64,000 bases of DNA. Origin: Chloroflexota bacterium. Its GTDB lineage: Bacteria; Chloroflexota; Limnocylindria; Limnocylindrales; CSP1-4. A model generated the notes under the pieces. It was not told the origin of the DNA and did not search any database. It saw only the letters and a list, made by a program, of their open reading frames with translations. The position numbers were made by a program, and so were the translations under genes. The stretch's first letter is position 1, and the number at the start of each line of letters is the position of its first letter. The stretch is taken from positions 3,272-67,271 of the forward strand of contig JBFMEV010000008.1 in assembly GCA_040752335.1 (NCBI GenBank), written 5' to 3'. Shown piece after piece: positions 61,540-64,000 of this stretch.

Positions 61540-62286
61540 TCAGTCGCCGGCGCGGCTCTCCATCCGGTAGGTGCACGACCGGTCGCCCGAGGCGATGTGC
61601 GTCTCGCGGACGACGTCCGCCCCGAGGACCTCGCGGAACAGGGCCAGCTCGGCCTCGCAGCACGAGCCGGCCTCGCGGGCCAGGTGGAAGATCGCGCAGT
61701 TGTGCTCGCGAAGGCGGATAGTGCCGTCGGACGTGACGATCGCCTCGGCCAGGTAGCCCGCGCCGTCCTGGATGACGGCCAGCTCGCGGACGCGCTCGGC
61801 CAGGGGCGCGTCGGGCGCGACCCGCGCCGCGAGTCGCTCCCGGAGGCGGGCGCCCAGCTGTCGCCTGCGGGCCGCGAAGACCTCCTCGACGAGGTCCTGC
61901 CCGCCGACCGACTCGATCGCATCCAGGAGGGCAGAGGCGAAGCCATCGTAGTCGGCCGGGAAGAGGTCCTGGGCATCGGGTGTCACGTCGTACAGGTGGC
62001 GCGGCCGGCCGACCCCATGGCGTTCGATCGAGTGGGCCACCAGGCCCGCCTGCTCCAGGGCGTGGAGCTGCTGGAGGACCCCGGTCCGGCTGGCGCCGAG
62101 GTGGGTGGCCAGGCCGTCGGGCGACATCGGCCCGCGCTGGCGGAGGTTGACGAGGATCGCCCGACGGAGCGTCGAGGGCGACGGACCGACCGGCGAGGCG
62201 GCGGCGGCGCCCGGCAGGCGCCCGATCGCCGAGACGGCGACGCTGTCGCGAAGGTCGGCGTCGGGGCTCGGGACGGTCTCCGACAT
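61540..62286 (-). CDS. Winged-helix (ArsR-like) transcriptional regulator with a C-terminal Cys-containing domain
   Basis: …RRAILVNLRQRGPMSPDGLATHLGASRTGVLQQLHALEQAGLV… The C-terminus has …HNCAIF…GSCCEAE…SC… It is divergent from the acyl-CoA dehydrogenase gene. Confidence 0.75.
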   Translation of the reverse strand: MSETVPSPDADLRDSVAVSAIGRLPGAAAASPVGPSPSTLRRAILVNLRQRGPMSPDGLATHLGASRTGVLQQLHALEQAGLVAHSIERHGVGRPRHLYDVTPDAQDLFPADYDGFASALLDAIESVGGQDLVEEVFAARRRQLGARLRERLAARVAPDAPLAERVRELAVIQDGAGYLAEAIVTSDGTIRLREHNCAIFHLAREAGSCCEAELALFREVLGADVVRETHIASGDRSCTYRMESRAGD

Positions 62287-62337
62287 GGCGGGAGGCTAGC
62301 AGGAAACGCCCCGAACGGTGGTGCTACGCTCGCGACG

Positions 62338-63504
62338 ATGGACCTCGACCTCTCGCCGGAGCACGACCTCCTGCGCTCGACCATCCGCGAGTACATGCTC
62401 CAGGAAGTGGCCCCCGAGATCGAGGCCCACGAGCGCGAGCGGCGCTTCCCGGTCGACATCGTCCGCCACCTCGGCGAGATGGGCTGGCTCGGCATCCCGT
62501 TCCCGGAGGACGAGGGCGGGGCCGGGCTGGACACACTGGCCTACGCCATCGCGGTCGAGGAGATCAGCCGGGTCTGGGGCTCCCTCGGGATCATCGTCGC
62601 GGCTCACACCTCCCTGGGCTGCGGCCCGCTCCACCTCGCCGGGACCCGCGACCAGAAGGACCGCTTCCTCGTCCCGATGGCCGGCGGCAAGGTCCTCGGC
62701 GCCTACGGGTTGACGGAGCCGGGCGCCGGCTCCGACGCCGGCGGGACCAGGACGACCGCCCGTCTCGAGGGCGATGCGGAAACCGGCAGCTGGGTCCTCG
62801 ACGGCGGCAAGCGCTTCATCACCAACGCCGGTCAGGCCGGGACGTACGTCATCACGGCCCGGACCGGCTCCAAGCCCGACGGCGCGGCCGAGATCAGCGC
62901 CTTCATCGTCCCCGCCGACACCCCGGGCTTCCGGGTGGGGCGCTTGGAGGACAAGCTGGGGCTCCACGCCTCGGCTACCGGCGAGCTGTTCTTCGACGCC
63001 TGCCGGATCCCGGCCACGAATCTCCTCGGCGAGCGTGGCGAGGGCTTCCGGACATTCCTGAAGATCCTCGACGGCGGCCGGATCAGCATCGGCGCGATGG
63101 CCCTCGGCATCGCCCAGGGCGCCCTCGACGCCGCCGTCCCATATGCCCAGACACGCGAGCAGTTCGGCCGCCCGATTGGCTCGTTCCAGGGTGTCGCCTT
63201 CATGGTCGCCGACATGGCCACCGAGATCGAGGCCGCCCGGTCGTTGGTCTATCGCGCTGCCTGGCTCAAGGATCAGGGTCGCGACTACAGCCTCGCGGCG
63301 GCCCAGGCGAAGCTCTTCGCCTCGGAGGTCTCGAGCCGGGCAACGAACGCGGCAATCCAGATCCACGGCGGCTACGGCTACGTCACCGACTACCCGGTGG
63401 AGCGCTACCTTCGCGACGCGAAGCTGACCGAGATCGGGGAGGGGACGAGCCAGGTCCAGCGGCTCGTCATCGCCCGCCGAACTCTGGACCTGCGGATCGT
63501 CTAG
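62338..63504 (+). CDS. Acyl-CoA dehydrogenase
   Basis: …GLTEPGAGSD…, …FITNAG…, …QIHGGYGY… and …RDAKLTEIGEGTSQVQR…. Confidence 0.92.
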   Translation: MDLDLSPEHDLLRSTIREYMLQEVAPEIEAHERERRFPVDIVRHLGEMGWLGIPFPEDEGGAGLDTLAYAIAVEEISRVWGSLGIIVAAHTSLGCGPLHLAGTRDQKDRFLVPMAGGKVLGAYGLTEPGAGSDAGGTRTTARLEGDAETGSWVLDGGKRFITNAGQAGTYVITARTGSKPDGAAEISAFIVPADTPGFRVGRLEDKLGLHASATGELFFDACRIPATNLLGERGEGFRTFLKILDGGRISIGAMALGIAQGALDAAVPYAQTREQFGRPIGSFQGVAFMVADMATEIEAARSLVYRAAWLKDQGRDYSLAAAQAKLFASEVSSRATNAAIQIHGGYGYVTDYPVERYLRDAKLTEIGEGTSQVQRLVIARRTLDLRIV

Positions 63505-63780
63505 GCCTTGGGGCCCAGAGTGAGGCCGGCGCTCAGGGCCTGTGGCTGAAATGCTCCGACCGAAGGGCCTGATCAAGGCCGAGCCAGGATCGATCAGCGC
63601 CGGGAGCACTCGCCGATGGTGCTCAACGAATTCGGCAACAGGCCCTAAGTCGCCGGCGCGAATCCTCAGATCACCCGGTTCGTTCGAGGTCGGCCCCGTC
63701 CGGCGGGACGAACGTGATAGAGGGCCGCCGGCTCGCTTCAATCGATAACAAACACGGGTGGTGCAGCGGCAGTCCACAGC

Positions 63781-64000
63781 TCAACATGACGCGGTCACGC
63801 ATAGCGAGTAGTTGTCGCCGCTTGCGGCGTGTGCGATGTAAGCCAATCGACCGTAGCCATACGGCGTATACCACCCGCTCTGGCCAAGGACCGGGACGGT
63901 ATTGCCTTCGACGGAGTGCACATGAGTACCCAGCATGATTCGATTGAGCGAAGTGGGATTCGGTATCTGAAACACTGGCCCACCGCTGTCTCCGGGGATG
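63781..64000 (-). CDS. C-terminal fragment of an S1 (chymotrypsin/alpha-lytic-type) serine protease; the gene continues beyond the window
   Basis: Hand translation from 63999 gives IPGDSGGPVFQIPNPTSLNRIMLGTHVHSVEGNTV…SLCVTASC*. GDSGGP is the catalytic-serine motif. Local GC is clearly lower than the rest of the window. Confidence 0.7.
   Translation of the reverse strand, partial: IPGDSGGPVFQIPNPTSLNRIMLGTHVHSVEGNTVPVLGQSGWYTPYGYGRLAYIAHAASGDNYSLCVTASC

Noticed and set aside
63542-63874. Small ORFs of 60-70 aa on both strands in the low-GC 3' terminal region.
   Set aside because: They have no RBS, no motifs and an Arg-rich or odd composition. They are more likely non-coding intergenic or promoter DNA upstream of, or next to, the protease gene.
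1-64000. A search for mobile elements, prophage genes, toxin-antitoxin pairs, restriction-modification or known defence systems.
   Set aside because: No transposase, integrase, recombinase, phage structural, methyltransferase or Cas-like ORFs were recognisable in any frame. The only mobile- or defence-flavoured element is the disrupted HTH-nuclease gene with flanking direct repeats, which is reported separately.

Overview
High-GC (roughly 70% or more by eye) bacterial chromosome segment. It is densely coding: about 57 CDS, 2 tRNAs and 1 riboswitch. I found no transposase, integrase, CRISPR array or rRNA. Gene content looks like a Gram-positive-type lineage (Actinomycetota- or Chloroflexota-like), but I cannot assign taxonomy from sequence alone.

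Main blocks, in order:
1. An OmpR/HK two-component pair and a bacterial lysyl-oxidase homolog.
2. glnS sandwiched between two tRNA-Gln(CUG) genes, followed by an orphan ABC permease.
3. A sulfite-oxidase-like / FNR-like / DUF6510-like / EamA operon.
4. A cell-wall-anchored M14 carboxypeptidase.
5. A TGA-interrupted HTH-nuclease gene bracketed by 38-bp direct repeats.
6. A TPP riboswitch controlling ykoEDC.
7. A roughly 13-kb, 10-gene minus-strand heme operon (33942 down to 20860): regulator-hemA-hemCD-hemB-hemL-hemE-cpfC-radical SAM/SPASM-cgoX::feoA-feoB. chdC is divergent from it.
8. glpD/glpK.
9. A 2-oxoacid dehydrogenase/lipA cluster interrupted by a roughly 1.6-kb insert.
10. A PspA/TPM envelope module flanked by two paralogous Tat-signal proteins built from tandem 13-residue Gly/Arg/His repeats.

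The strongest novelty candidates are the repeat-protein/PspA module and the physical and genetic fusion of ferrous-iron import (FeoA/FeoB) and an AhbD-like radical SAM enzyme to the coproporphyrin-dependent heme pathway.

All calls rest on reading the supplied translations and on hand translation of junctions. No database search was run.
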